A stretch of 54,354 nucleotides of DNA, the filler included, from Jimgerdemannia flammicorona (lineage: Eukaryota), in assembly GCA_003990765.1 (NCBI GenBank). It is 3 parts of 3 records of this genome, joined end to end, with 100 filler letters (N's around TTAATTAATTAA, not from the genome) between each part and the next. Parts side by side here need not be neighbours in the genome. Positions count along the whole stretch, not along the records: positions 36,307 to 54,354 come from RBNJ01002319.1; 2 more parts are not named here. One strand, written 5' to 3'. Position 1 is the first letter of the stretch. Each line of letters starts with the position of its first letter. Below, piece by piece: positions 37,470 to 49,157 of the stretch. The notes beneath the pieces are model-generated. The model searched no databases. It was not told the origin of the DNA and saw nothing but the letters and a program-made list of their open reading frames with translations. The position numbers and the translations under genes are program-made.

Positions 37470-40400
37470 ATGCTAATATCCTTGTCAAAGGATACCGACA
37501 GTGACAACCCCAAAGAAACCAGAGTTCGCGTCAAGGTTTCCGCCACCGATGATCATTTGGCTGAGCTCTTTGAAAGCCATCTCTTCAACCTTCATGAAAT
37601 CCAAGAGGGTCGATCTGTCACCGTTGATGTCTTCAACTTGAAACCCAACTCTGCCGATCTCAGAAAATACGGAAAAAAGTTATTCTGGGCTCTCTTTTCG
37701 AAAAAAGAGTCCAGCTCCGCCCGGCGTCTGCTGCAGGTTATATTATCAGCTCAATTAAACGGTCGGATCCTGCTCGTACTCAACGGCGACCACGACCTCG
37801 ACGTCATCCCCTGGGAGTACACGTGGGGCAACAATACATATCTGACCAGCCTATGCAAATTCACACGCCTGCACAACCCTGGTCCTCAGCCATTTTTACT
37901 GCCCCACCTCAAACCTCAGCCGTCGAAACTTCCGTTGCGCATCGTCACTGTCATACCGGACCCCATCATTCCGCCGAACGATCCCGACGCAAAGAAATTT
38001 CCAGATCTGCATCTGAGGGATCAGTTTCAGGCACTATGTGACGAGTACGAGAACAACAATCGAACGGTATTACTGCAACGTGTGTTCCCGCCGACCGTCA
38101 ACCAAATGTACGTGTTGCTTAGGAGAAACCCTGAAATGGCCACGGTACTTCATTTTATGGGACACTGCGGCTCGCAGAACGATGGTGCGAAGGCTCTCAT
38201 TTTTGAAGATCAAGACACAGGAAGTCTCACCTTCTCTGACACGTTGCGCCTTGATCCGACAATGAATCTACGGCTGGCCTTTCTCTCTGCCTGCGATACT
38301 CACCATATCGCCCGAACCCTGATCGAAAACGGCATTCCATACGCCATCGGTTCACACTGTCCCCTGCCAGACGACATCGCCCGCAAATTCGAGTACGAAT
38401 TCTACCAGTGCCTTGGCAGCGGCTGCACGGTCGAAAAGGCAATGTTGGAGGCGCGCGCCTCCATGCACGACCCAAAAAACACCCGACAACGCGATTATTT
38501 TCCCGGTGCCATGGTGCTCTACTCGTCCACGTTTCGAGAAGAAGATGGCGCGTTCAAATGTGGGATGGGAAAGCCCACAATCGAAGATTACATGCCCCTC
38601 CACAACCTCGACGAGGTATCCTTCACGCGATATTTTTGCGGACGCAAGGAGGTGCTAATTAGGATAATCCACGTTTTGAGGCATATGGCGAAGAGAGGGA
38701 CGCAGACCTGTCCCATGTACACTATTGAAGGTATCACCGGTCAGGGCAAGACGGCGTTGGCTGAGAAGGCCGTAAGGCGGATGGCATATCTCTTCCCCGG
38801 TGGCATCTTTGCTTGGCGATTCGATCCTTCCCACGAAGTATCGGTCATGAAATATCTTCGGCGCCTGGGTCAAGTCATATTCCAGGAAGACTTCGGCAAC
38901 GACCTCGACACATTAGGACAGGCCATCATCACGAAATTCCGGCGTCATCCGACAACTTTACTGATCCTCAATCGAGCCGATGTCTTGAAGCGCGCACAAC
39001 TCAAGGACAACAAAGCTGCTGTAGCGTTGGCAGACTGGCTTCGGAAGGTTGTATCTATAAAGGACATCGCGGTTAGAATTCTCGCAACGTCGGATGAACA
39101 TTTAAAATGGACATCAGAAGAGGAAGAGATGCATCTCGACGGTTTGACAGATTCCGATATTGCGAGTGGTGTCGAGTTATTCATTCGAAATCTTGACGCT
39201 CAAGTGAGGGAGAGGATGAAAAACGAAGCAAATGCGACGCAGTTGCTGCACGACATCGTCAGGCTCACAGACGGGCATCCATTGTGTTTAGAATTCCTTG
39301 GCCATGCCACCACAAAACCGCAATATCAACATGTATCACTTAAAGAACTCGTTCATGATAATTTTAGCGCGATGCTAGCGAATGGCTCATATGAAAGTAG
39401 AAAACTCGGAACCCGTTTCCGGTCAACAATTGACAAGCTTCCAACGCAGCAGCGTATGCTCCTGTATATGTGTTCTCTCTTCACCGGACCCATCACGGAA
39501 GGAGTGCTCACGTTCGTCCGATATTTTGTTGACCTGGCTGGTTCGTCGACCGAAAAGATTGACTCTAGCATTGACGCCATTAAAGGGAACCTGTCACAAC
39601 TCTGCGATGGAAAGTTGTTGTCAAAAAGAGATGATGAATACAAGATCCACATCGCTTTTAAAGAAGGTGTGAAACAGTGTAATTCTGTGATGAAATTGCG
39701 GCTTCGTTTGCCGATACTCGGCGTATATGATGACACGTTTGTAATTGGCGTTGCCAAACCATCTAAGTATGGTGAGTAATACAACTGAAACACCATCATT
39801 TGGTTATGCTCTATGCACTTCTTTTTCAACTACCTTCTGATTTTCCATTCCAGGAATTGCCATGATGTTCGAGTGGCAACTTCGAAGTATCTGCAATGAG
39901 GAAAAGAACCGGGCTTATGGCATACAATATTACGACATTCTCGGTACCAGCGGCCACAAACTCAAAAGGGACGGCGTTCAGCAGCAAGTATTATTTGGTG
40001 GATTGGTTGTGTTCCGACGCAAAGCATCCGAAATTCTCCATACTAGCTTTCCTCAATTCTGCGTGGAGCACATCATACCGATGGTAACAGAGACGAAATC
40101 GCCGTTCATTCTGTGTTTGTATCATACCAATACCGATTCCGTCAAACGGTCAACAACAAATGTCAAGAAAAATATAATTCTAATGAAGAAAGCCATGGAG
40201 GCTTTGCGATCTGGTCTGGAGATGACGCACTTTATAATTAGAACGGAACCTCTTCCCGGTGAGTTGTAATTTCTTCCACTCCCTGAACAGCAATTGTTGG
40301 AAACAAGGCAAACTCACAATACCATCATCGAATTTCTTGATTTAATACATCAACTGATAGAAAATATCCATGTAATAGAACGGTTCCCAAATAGCCTACA

Positions 40401-43400
40401 AGGTGAGCGGAAATTTCGGTGAACAGGTTCAACTAATAGGAATCACTCACTAACAAAGATGCCTTCCATTCACCAAGCCAAAGGCGGCAATGAGAACCAA
40501 CAAGAAATGGAGGTAGATTTCGGCAACGTCAACATGTATGGAGAATTTGTTGGGCGCCAGCAAGAGCTCCAAAAATTGGAAGAACTACTGAATGATGAGA
40601 AAATTCGCTATATCACCATTCGCGGTTTCGGCGGAATGGGCAAAACGGCATTGGCAATTCAAGCGGTCAATAGCTTCAATTCTGGCAGAGTTCTGGTGAT
40701 ATCGCTCGTTGGAAACCCAAGTTCAGATTCAGTAATCTCAACGATCGCCGGACTTCTCAACATCGACATTGAAACGACTCGAGATCCTATAATTCGACAA
40801 AATTTAGTGATGGCCAAGTTAGCTAGTGGAGGACCGATACTGGTTTATCTTGACAATATGGAGGACGTCAAACATGCAACTGAACAGGGAGACTCAGCGA
40901 CGAAAAAGGATGCAATTGCTTTGGTTCGATTTTTCCACCGAATACCGGAGAACATCAAAATTCTTGCAACATCAAGAACCACTCTCGATTGGCCTAATGA
41001 AAAATTCGTCGACTTGAATGGCTTAGCACCACATGATGGTATGCAGATATTTCGGCAATGGGCTTCTCAACGTTCAAATGACATTGATGATGACAATGCA
41101 ATGAAAATTAGCGAGCTTGCAGGCGGCCACCCATTGTCAATTCGTCTTCTCGGTCGTGTCTTCAACAACTATAGGGAATCTGTTGATCAATTTATCAACA
41201 ACTTCAGCAACCGGCTATGGAATGCAACGGACATTCTTGAAGAACGTCATGGCTCGGTCGAAATTTGTATCCGGTTTAGCTTTGATTACCTAAATGATAG
41301 TCTTAAATCATTTCTTGGCTGGTTAAGACTATTCGATGTTCCATTCTCAGCGACACATGTGCAGAAGGCTTTGGATCATAACACTACATCATCTACTCAA
41401 ACCATTTTACACAAACCTTGGCAACGGATCAGGCAGCGCCTCACGTTTAAACAGAAAACTTTAGATCACAACACTACATCAAATTTACACAAACTTTGGC
41501 AACAGAGCTGGCTGAATGAGCTCAAGTACGATTCTAGGTTCGGTGACTGGCGTCCCAGGTTTATGGAGAAAGACACAACGTTTTACATCCTACATCCGCG
41601 ATTACGTGACTTCCTCAACCACCAATTTGGAGATGACGAATTACCGTTTTATACCCTACGTGGCTTCCCCAACATCCTGTTTGGCGATGCCAAAAATTCC
41701 GTTACCGACATGTGGTATGATTCAGAGATACAGTTTTATACCGCCCTATGCTACGGAGTAGGTTTTGGCGTTGCAAATGATCTAGTGAAGCAGATTGAAT
41801 GGTGCACCAAAGCTGCAATGAATGGACATGTAGAAGCGCAGCTAACCATTGCAGCATGTTACGAGGAAGGAGGGGGCGGCATTGACGTCGACAAGAAGAA
41901 GGCGTTTGAATGGTACTTAAAATCCGCAGAGGCCGGCGACAAAGGAGCACAAGCAAAGGTGATGAATTACTATTTGCAGAGAGATGGGATTGAATCTGAA
42001 TGCTATCTTCATTGGTACGAAATCCATGATGAAAACATGACAGAAGGTCTGTCGATCAAGTTTGATCTTTCTCTTCCGCTGTTACATCGCGCAGCTGAGG
42101 GTGGTCATGTGGCATTGATCCGATCACTGCTCAGTCAACCCAACGCCAACGTCGAATTGAAGGACAGGCATGGTCGGACCCCGCTGCAACTAGCCGCCGA
42201 GAAAGGCCACGTCAATGTGTTAGAGCTACTTGCATTCGTATTCAATGCAAACACTGGTGCAAAGGATAAGGAAGGTAACACGCCAGTGCACCGCGCCGCA
42301 GAAAACGGGCATGTCGAGTTCATGGTCATACTCATTGCCGCGCTCGGGGCGGACGCTAACACCAATAACATCGACGGATGGACGCCATTGCACATGGCTG
42401 CGAAGAGAGGACACATCGAAATCGCGAAGCTGCTCGTGACCGAGTTCGGGGCGGACGTCAATGCCATGAACAGCGAGAGCTTTATGCCGCTACGCTGTGC
42501 CACGGATTGTGGGCACGTCGAGGTCGTGAAATTTCTTGCGGCCGCTGTAGTCGAATCTCCGACCTTGACCACGCTGGATCTCAGATGTATGTCGAAACTG
42601 TATGGGGAATTGTGTTCAGCTGCGCGACGGGATCAAGCTGACATTTTATATGTTCTCTCATCCATGATCAGACAACAACATCGGTGGCGAGGGGACACGC
42701 GCCCTAGCCGGGTCTCTGAATCAGAGCACGACTTTGACCAACCTAAATCTCGAAGGTATGTTGGTTCTGTGTGGAGCATTTGTGCAGCTGCGCAATAGAT
42801 TTAAGCTCACGGTCAGTTTGTGTTCAGGCAACAGCATTGACGACGAAGGGGCGTGCGCCCTAGCTGAGTCTCTGAAGTTGAACACGACCTTGACCACGCT
42901 GAACCTCGAAGGTATGTCGGAACTGTGTGAAGCATTTTTTTTGGCTGTGTGATATAATCAAACTCATGTTCAATCATCCAACCCTTGTTCATGTTCAGGG
43001 AACAGCATCGGCGACAAGGGGGCACGTGCCCTAGCCGAGTCTCTGAAGCAGAACACAACCTTGACCACGCTGATTCTTTACAGTATGTCGAAACTGTGTG
43101 AAGTATTGTGTGCAGCTGCGCAATGGAATTAAGCTCACGATCTGTGCTTGTTCGATCATCCGTCCACTATTCATGTTCAGGGAACGGAATCCACGACGAG
43201 GGGGCACGTGCCCTAGCCGAGTCTCTGAAGAAAAACGTGACCTTGACCACGCTGAATCTCTACAGTATGTTGAAATTGTGTGCCGCATTGTGTGCAGCTG
43301 CGTGATTGAATAAAGCTCACAATCCGTGTGTGTTGGCTCATCCATTCCCCATTCGTGTTCAGAAAACAGCATCGGTGTTGAGGGAGCACGCGCCCTAGCC

Positions 43401-44139
43401 GAGTCTCTGAAGCAGAACACGACCTTAGGCACGCTGAATCTCGAAGGTAGGTCGGAACTTTGTGAAGCATTGTGTGCAACCGTGCGATGGATCAAGCCCA
43501 CAATCTGTGCGTGTTCACTTATCTATCCATATTATCTTGGGAGCAGGTGTTTTCGGCGTTGCCAATATATATATTCCTTCCTCATCTAAGCTGAGCATCA
43601 TTCTTGATGAGAACATCATGGATAGGGATCTAATCGCCCAATTCATCGCAGTGCTCGACGTGCGAGCTGTCACCGAACTACGTCTCCGAGATATGGCTTA
43701 CGAGGATGTCATAAAGCGTGCACAGTTGGACGGAAGAATCCTCGTAACATGTAATACCGACTACCTCTCGGAGCACGGGATGGCTCGGAATGGCATACTG
43801 GTGCTTTGGGGACGGCTTGGCAACAAACGGTTTGTCCGGCTTACAAAGAAAGAGCGTAGAATAGTAGTTCCTGGGTTGTTTCAAACACATCGCCTTAAAA
43901 TGGAAGAGTAAGTATTTGATACATCATTGTTGTAGTATTTGGGGATGTTAAGGCTAATAGTTAATAATGTCTCGTATAGGGTTCGCAATTACAATTTGGT
44001 TCGATTTGCCATTTTGTCCGGAAATGATCTCAACGACTTCAAATGGGAAATAAGGCCCCCAACTGATGAAGAACTCACCCGGTACTTTCTGAAGTATGTC
44101 GAAAAGGAGGGAGCCCTTCCGTATCTTCCGGGGGAATAG
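37470..44139 (+). CDS. Giant NLR-like protein, 1932 aa: CHAT protease, NB-ARC, linker, NB-ARC, SEL1, ankyrin, LRR, DUF5615-type PIN. Exons 37470-39771, 39854-40258, 40361-40402, 40478-42586, 42672-42755, 42828-42911, 42999-43082, 43181-43264, 43363-43446, 43547-43907, 43980-44139
   Basis: All ten introns are GT-AG and the joins keep the frame (5799 nt). Motifs: VLHFMGHCG and AFLSACDT; GITGQGKT; GFGGMGKT/LVYLDNMED/LATSR/GGHPL; KAFEWYLKSAEAGD; GRTPLQLAA, GWTPLHMAA; NSIGDKGARALAESLKQNTTLTTLxL; IILDENI...RILVTCNTDY. The exon 2-3-4 join is least certain, so this could be two tandem genes split near 40270-40459. Confidence 0.75.
42587..43546 (+). repeat. Tandem exon-intron repeat encoding ribonuclease-inhibitor-class LRRs
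   Basis: Five exons of exactly 84 nt, all phase 1, separated by mutually similar introns (gtatgtcg...ctgtgtg...gttcag). Confidence 0.92.
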
Positions 44140-45138
44140 GTATACGTAATTTACACTGTCAATTTTATATATCGAGTGATTACCAAATGGATGAAATGAT
44201 AACTTTAAACGCTACTCCAATGTCTCAGATCCCCCATGCCTCAAGACGCACAGCGACGTAGGCTCAAAGAAGGAAGACTCTAAAGAAAAATTACGATGGT
44301 CATGAAGTTGGCTCTATATTTTAGGTTTCGAGCAACCTATCATTTTGAATTGCAATGATATAAACAGGATTTTGAGATGGTAGAATGTGCGAATTTTTTT
44401 CTAAGCGAGGTTCGATCTCTTTTAATGGAAATAGTGTGTTTTGATGTTGAGCATGCACACAGCCGTGCGTCGTGGAAAGAACTGGTCAGAATTGCGATGT
44501 GACCGAGTTGGCGTATACGTGTGATTGTATGGGTTGGTTGCCCAGTGGAGGGTTCTAAATGTGCGAATTGGATGGGCTTTACAGCTCAGAATGGCTCATT
44601 CTCTGGTTATTGCATGATTAAATAGAAGATATATTCTTATCTTGAAAAGGGGAAACTGAGTGAGTGAAGCCGGGCTGTGTCTCTTGTGGCTGCTATCCTG
44701 GAAAGCTACATGACCTGTGAATGAGCCATTCGTCCAACTATCAAGAGGATGGTTTACAAGTGTTCAGCCAACAGTACAGAGATATACCATCAATAATGGT
44801 GGTATTCTCTGAATATTGGGAAATAAAGCTAAAAGGTGAAAGATCTTTATAATAGTAGGCATATTTATTGGTCAAACTGAATTTATCTATAGTCCAATGT
44901 TGTGCTGCACATTCTTTAGGTAGCTGAAAAGCCGACACCTCCACATGAAGGAACTGATGAATTATCCTAACATTATGCATGTCGTTTAATTTTTCGGCGA
45001 GCGCGTGCGTGGTATCGAGAGCACAATGTTGTCAGATTTCTTCCTCTGGCACATTACATGTACCTCAAATAGCAGCCTATTTGAGAGTGTATTGCACTAC
45101 ATCATGTATTTACATTACAAATACATGATATGAACCAA

Positions 45139-46728
45139 TGGCTTTGCAGATGACATGGTGGTCAGGCTGGGCTTGGTGGCAGATGTGGCTGCATTGATGA
45201 GTTCTCCGGGTCAGCTGAATTGGCACAAGTGTGAGACCCTAGTACTTGGTGGTAGAGTAGTGGATAGGGACATGATTGGAACAATTGTCCTAGTTGGGAG
45301 GTAGTCTGATATCTAGATATTTATTTCTTAGTGTATGGCTTATTATTATCCAGGATATAGTGGAAGCAAAAGCTGGTAAAATGGAGGAATGCTCTCCTGG
45401 AATAGAGAGATTGCTAATATTATTGGCAGAGAGAGTGATGGTGCTGAATATACACTGGATGCCTAAGCTATAGTACCTGGGATATTATTTAGACTTCTCT
45501 ACATAGGTGATAAAGAGACTTCTGAAGATAATCAGATCTTAGATTTAAATCAAGAGGTGTAGTCAGATAGGCTGTAATGTGTTGATATTATCAGTGGATC
45601 AGAGAGGACTTAGACTTGTTGACTTTATAAAGTATCTGTACTGCTTCAGAGTATGGTAATTAAAATAAGTCAGCAATTTAGAGGGTCAAAGTTGGGTAAC
45701 TCTATTGCAGAAGGTTTGAAAGATATAATTCTTCTTTAGGGAAATTTCTGGTGATTTGATATCCTTTATAGTACTAGAGGGAAGCCATCAAATGTAATAT
45801 AAGAACTTCTGGTAGAAAGTAGTAGATAGGGCCTATTGGATAGAAATCTACTAATATGGTGATGAGAAAGAGATAAACTAAAGATCAGAGATGTGGTAGT
45901 GAGATCATATTCTGTTAGAGAGCTCTCCAGAGGTTGACTTTTGATTTAAGAATGATGTAGAGTATCAGAGAGGATAGGGTAGAGATCTATTGCCTAGAGC
46001 TAGCAAGTGGTAGGCATTAGCAAAGTATGAGATTAGGCAGATATCTAATCATAGAGTACAGAAGTGTTGAGATAGCTCTCTCTCAAGTTTTGAGTAATAT
46101 ATTGGTAACTCTTGTGGCAGAATATAATACTAAACTTTTGCTCAGAATATTTGATAGAAGGGAGCTCATTTAAATGTGAGAAGTGCTTTAATATTGAGTA
46201 GAAGAATAGAGTGGTACAAACTCCAGAATACTAGCTGAGAGAGTATAAGATACTGTTAGATTTCTGGTTGACTATTGAGGGTCAGTTGAGAATACTATCT
46301 TTAAGGGGTAGATGGGAGACAGTGGAGTGCTCTTTAGTTATAGCTAGTGGGAGGAGTTGATAATGAATGGCTTTCTGTAGAGTGAACCCTTGTAGTTTGG
46401 GTTGATCTATCTGAATATTAGCTGTTAGTTTTTGAGGATAGTCAGAGATTACATATTACTAGGAGTAAGAATAGTAAGATAAGAGTAGTTATTATTGGAA
46501 TTGTTGAATAGATTGTGGGCTGAGTGGAGATCCAGAGAGAGTTTATACTATAGGTTAGTGAAAAGAATTTGTACAAATAGTAGGAAGAGGATTTAGATAT
46601 TTGAGAAAGTGTATCTTTTATTGAGAGTAGGCTGTATAGAAGAATTGAGTAAGTAGTAGAATTTTGAAAATATATTATATAGGTATAAATTGGATTGATA
46701 ATAAAAGTGAGAGTTCAAGAGTCTATAA
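45139..46728 (+). mobile_element. 5'-truncated degenerate L1/Tx1-like LINE
   Basis: Starts at FADD (tttgcagatgacat), colinear with 52720-54354, ends ...caagagtctataa. Confidence 0.85.
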
Positions 46729-46957
46729 TATATATACATATATATACTAATAACTCCTTAGCTTAGTACTTAGTTAGTGAGTTGATCAGTTTTCTCTACA
46801 AATACTAGATAGAGTAAGATACTATTAGTGAGCTTGAGCCTATAATATTAATTATCTACTCTATGACCTAGTATCTTATTTCTGACTCATACTCTATATA
46901 GATCCAGAGATCACTTCTTTTATATATTTGAATATAAAGAACTAGATATATATATAG

Positions 46958-48851
46958 TATGATGGTTGATCTAAATTAGTAATATAAATCAGGAGAATAG
47001 ATATTTAATTATAGTATCTGAATCTAATTTTCAAATATAGTATATAGCCTTATAAATAGCAGTCATTTCACAAATGTTAAAGTTTTGATGAATGTTAATA
47101 TTTTTACAAATGTCAAGATTTCATAGATATTAAATCTTAACAATTGTCAAAGATTTAACAGATGTTAAGAATTAATACTTGTAAAAAGTGACTCACAGAA
47201 AATATAGTTATAACTTAGCTACCTTATAGCTAGCAAACTTATATAAATATCTCTAGTATCTAGAGTAAATAAACCTCAGATCAAAATAGTTCAAAGCAAA
47301 GAGAAAGCAAGAGAACTTATAAGTCTGCAGGCAGATATACTTTGAACTCACCCACCCCTGTATCCTGAGGACTCTGTAGACAAAGAAGATTAAGTTTTCA
47401 AGATATAGAAATCCAACATACTTATATAGTTATATGTCTACTACACTATAACTTGGTGCCTATTGGCTGGTAATTCAAGATGAATCTCTCACTTTCAAGC
47501 TGAACAATGAACAACTGCTATCACTTGAATAACCATATAAATTAAACTAAGATATCTAGACAAGATAGATATAAAACTACCAGTATTCTACAGATATACT
47601 TCAGATGAATCAATCATCATCTTCATTGATGATTTTGAGTAATATACTGCCATAAGAACCCTGACAGCAAGGCAGCAAGTAGCCCTCATGTTCTTTAGTC
47701 TCTGAGACTTAGCAAGAGCAGCATTCATAGCTATACCCTATGTGGGAAATGATGATGATGCTGTACTGACACCACAGAAGACCTGGCTTAGAGCTATCTA
47801 CTATATAGATAAGATCAAGCAAGCTCTGAAGAATCAGCTCAATACAATATATCAAGGAATGAGTAAAGATCTAAATACATTCTATACCAGAATTCAATAT
47901 CAGATAATTCTTACAGATTATAATGCTACTATCTGAGATCAAGTAGCTGAGACAATCTTTATGAAGAAAGTCTACCTAGAAATAGCTATAGCCATCTACT
48001 CATTACTAGTAGTCCTGGATCTAGCACAAAAAGTCACCTATGTCCAGTGATACTAGATAGTCAGACATCTATAAGACCATATAATGGAAAGAGTCACTGG
48101 AGTTAGAATCAAAACACTCAAAGCAATTAGTATAATCCCCACCACAGTGATCAATTGAAACACACCTCAACTAAGAGTTACTGAGCAGTAAAGAAACAGT
48201 GATCCTATGGAGGAACTAGCTAAGAAGTTTGCTAAAATAACTATCTATCTAGGAGATGTGGTAAAGAAAATCAGAAGAAGAGATCACTATCTAGTTCAGA
48301 AGTTTGCCACTACCTCAGATAAGAAGAGAGATATCTGTTATACTTATAGAAAAGAAGGCCACTACTCATATGAATGCATAAGTAAAACTAAGTATAAGGT
48401 ATAGCTAAGCAATACTACTCAAAATAGAGAACAGGCTAATACTATTACCTTTGGAGAAATTGGAGAATCTGATGAAGAAGAATGGGTGGCCTACCCTATA
48501 CAGACCACTAAGAAGAATATTCATAAGAAACCCTATAAGAGACCACTAGAGAGACCTAAGAAGAACTCAGTAGAGAAGTGAAGATAATTGCAAGACCTCT
48601 GTCTATATAATCTATCAAATTGAAGATAGAATCTTTGAGGCCATCATTGATACTAGAGCAGGAGGATGTCTTCTCAGCAAGAAAGCAGCAGACCATCTAG
48701 ATTGGGAGGTTGAAGAAGTGACCAAGTTGGTATTTGTCACAGCAGATGAAATAAGAGCTATACCTCTAAGAAAGATATGAGATATCTTTATCAAGTTTAG
48801 AGAAGCAACCATCCTAATAGATATCATTATAATCAATGAAACCAACTATAG
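46958..48851 (+). mobile_element. 5' part of a family B Gypsy copy (LTR 46958-47450, gag, protease), interrupted by LINEs
   Basis: LTR like 33975-34437, PBS-like tggtgcc, CYTYRKEGHYSYEC knuckle, IIDTRAGGCLLS protease; preceded by ATAG. Confidence 0.87.
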
Positions 48852-49157
48852 CAGGAGAAGGTGTTACGGTGGGAGGGGCTGTTGGGGGATCTGCTGACTG
48901 GCTGGTGGGTGGGTTGGGGTCCTCAGGGGGGTCGACGTCGGGGTTTGGTGGTAAAGATCTGTGAGCAGAGTGGTGGGAGGGTGGCGATAGTGTTAGACAA
49001 AGTGGTCTTTCATTGGGAAGGGGTAGGGGGAAGGGGCCCCCCTAGGGGGATCGGTTAGGGGGTGGGATCAATGTATTTATATGGGATAGATGGGTATTAA
49101 TAAAAGCGAGGAGTCCAAGAGACTATAAAAAAAAAATAAAAAAAATAAAAAAAAAAA
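48852..49157 (+). mobile_element. LINE 3' fragment with A-rich tail
   Basis: G-rich, retains CpG, ends ggagtccaagagactat plus A-rich tail. Confidence 0.75.

Noticed and set aside
40259..40290. Alternative acceptor at 40290 for intron 2
   Set aside because: Gives a 32-nt intron, much shorter than the others; the 40360 acceptor is preferred.
40459..42798. 779-aa ORF taken as a complete protein
   Set aside because: Its tail after 42586 is read-through into an intron; a donor site and in-frame LRR exons follow.
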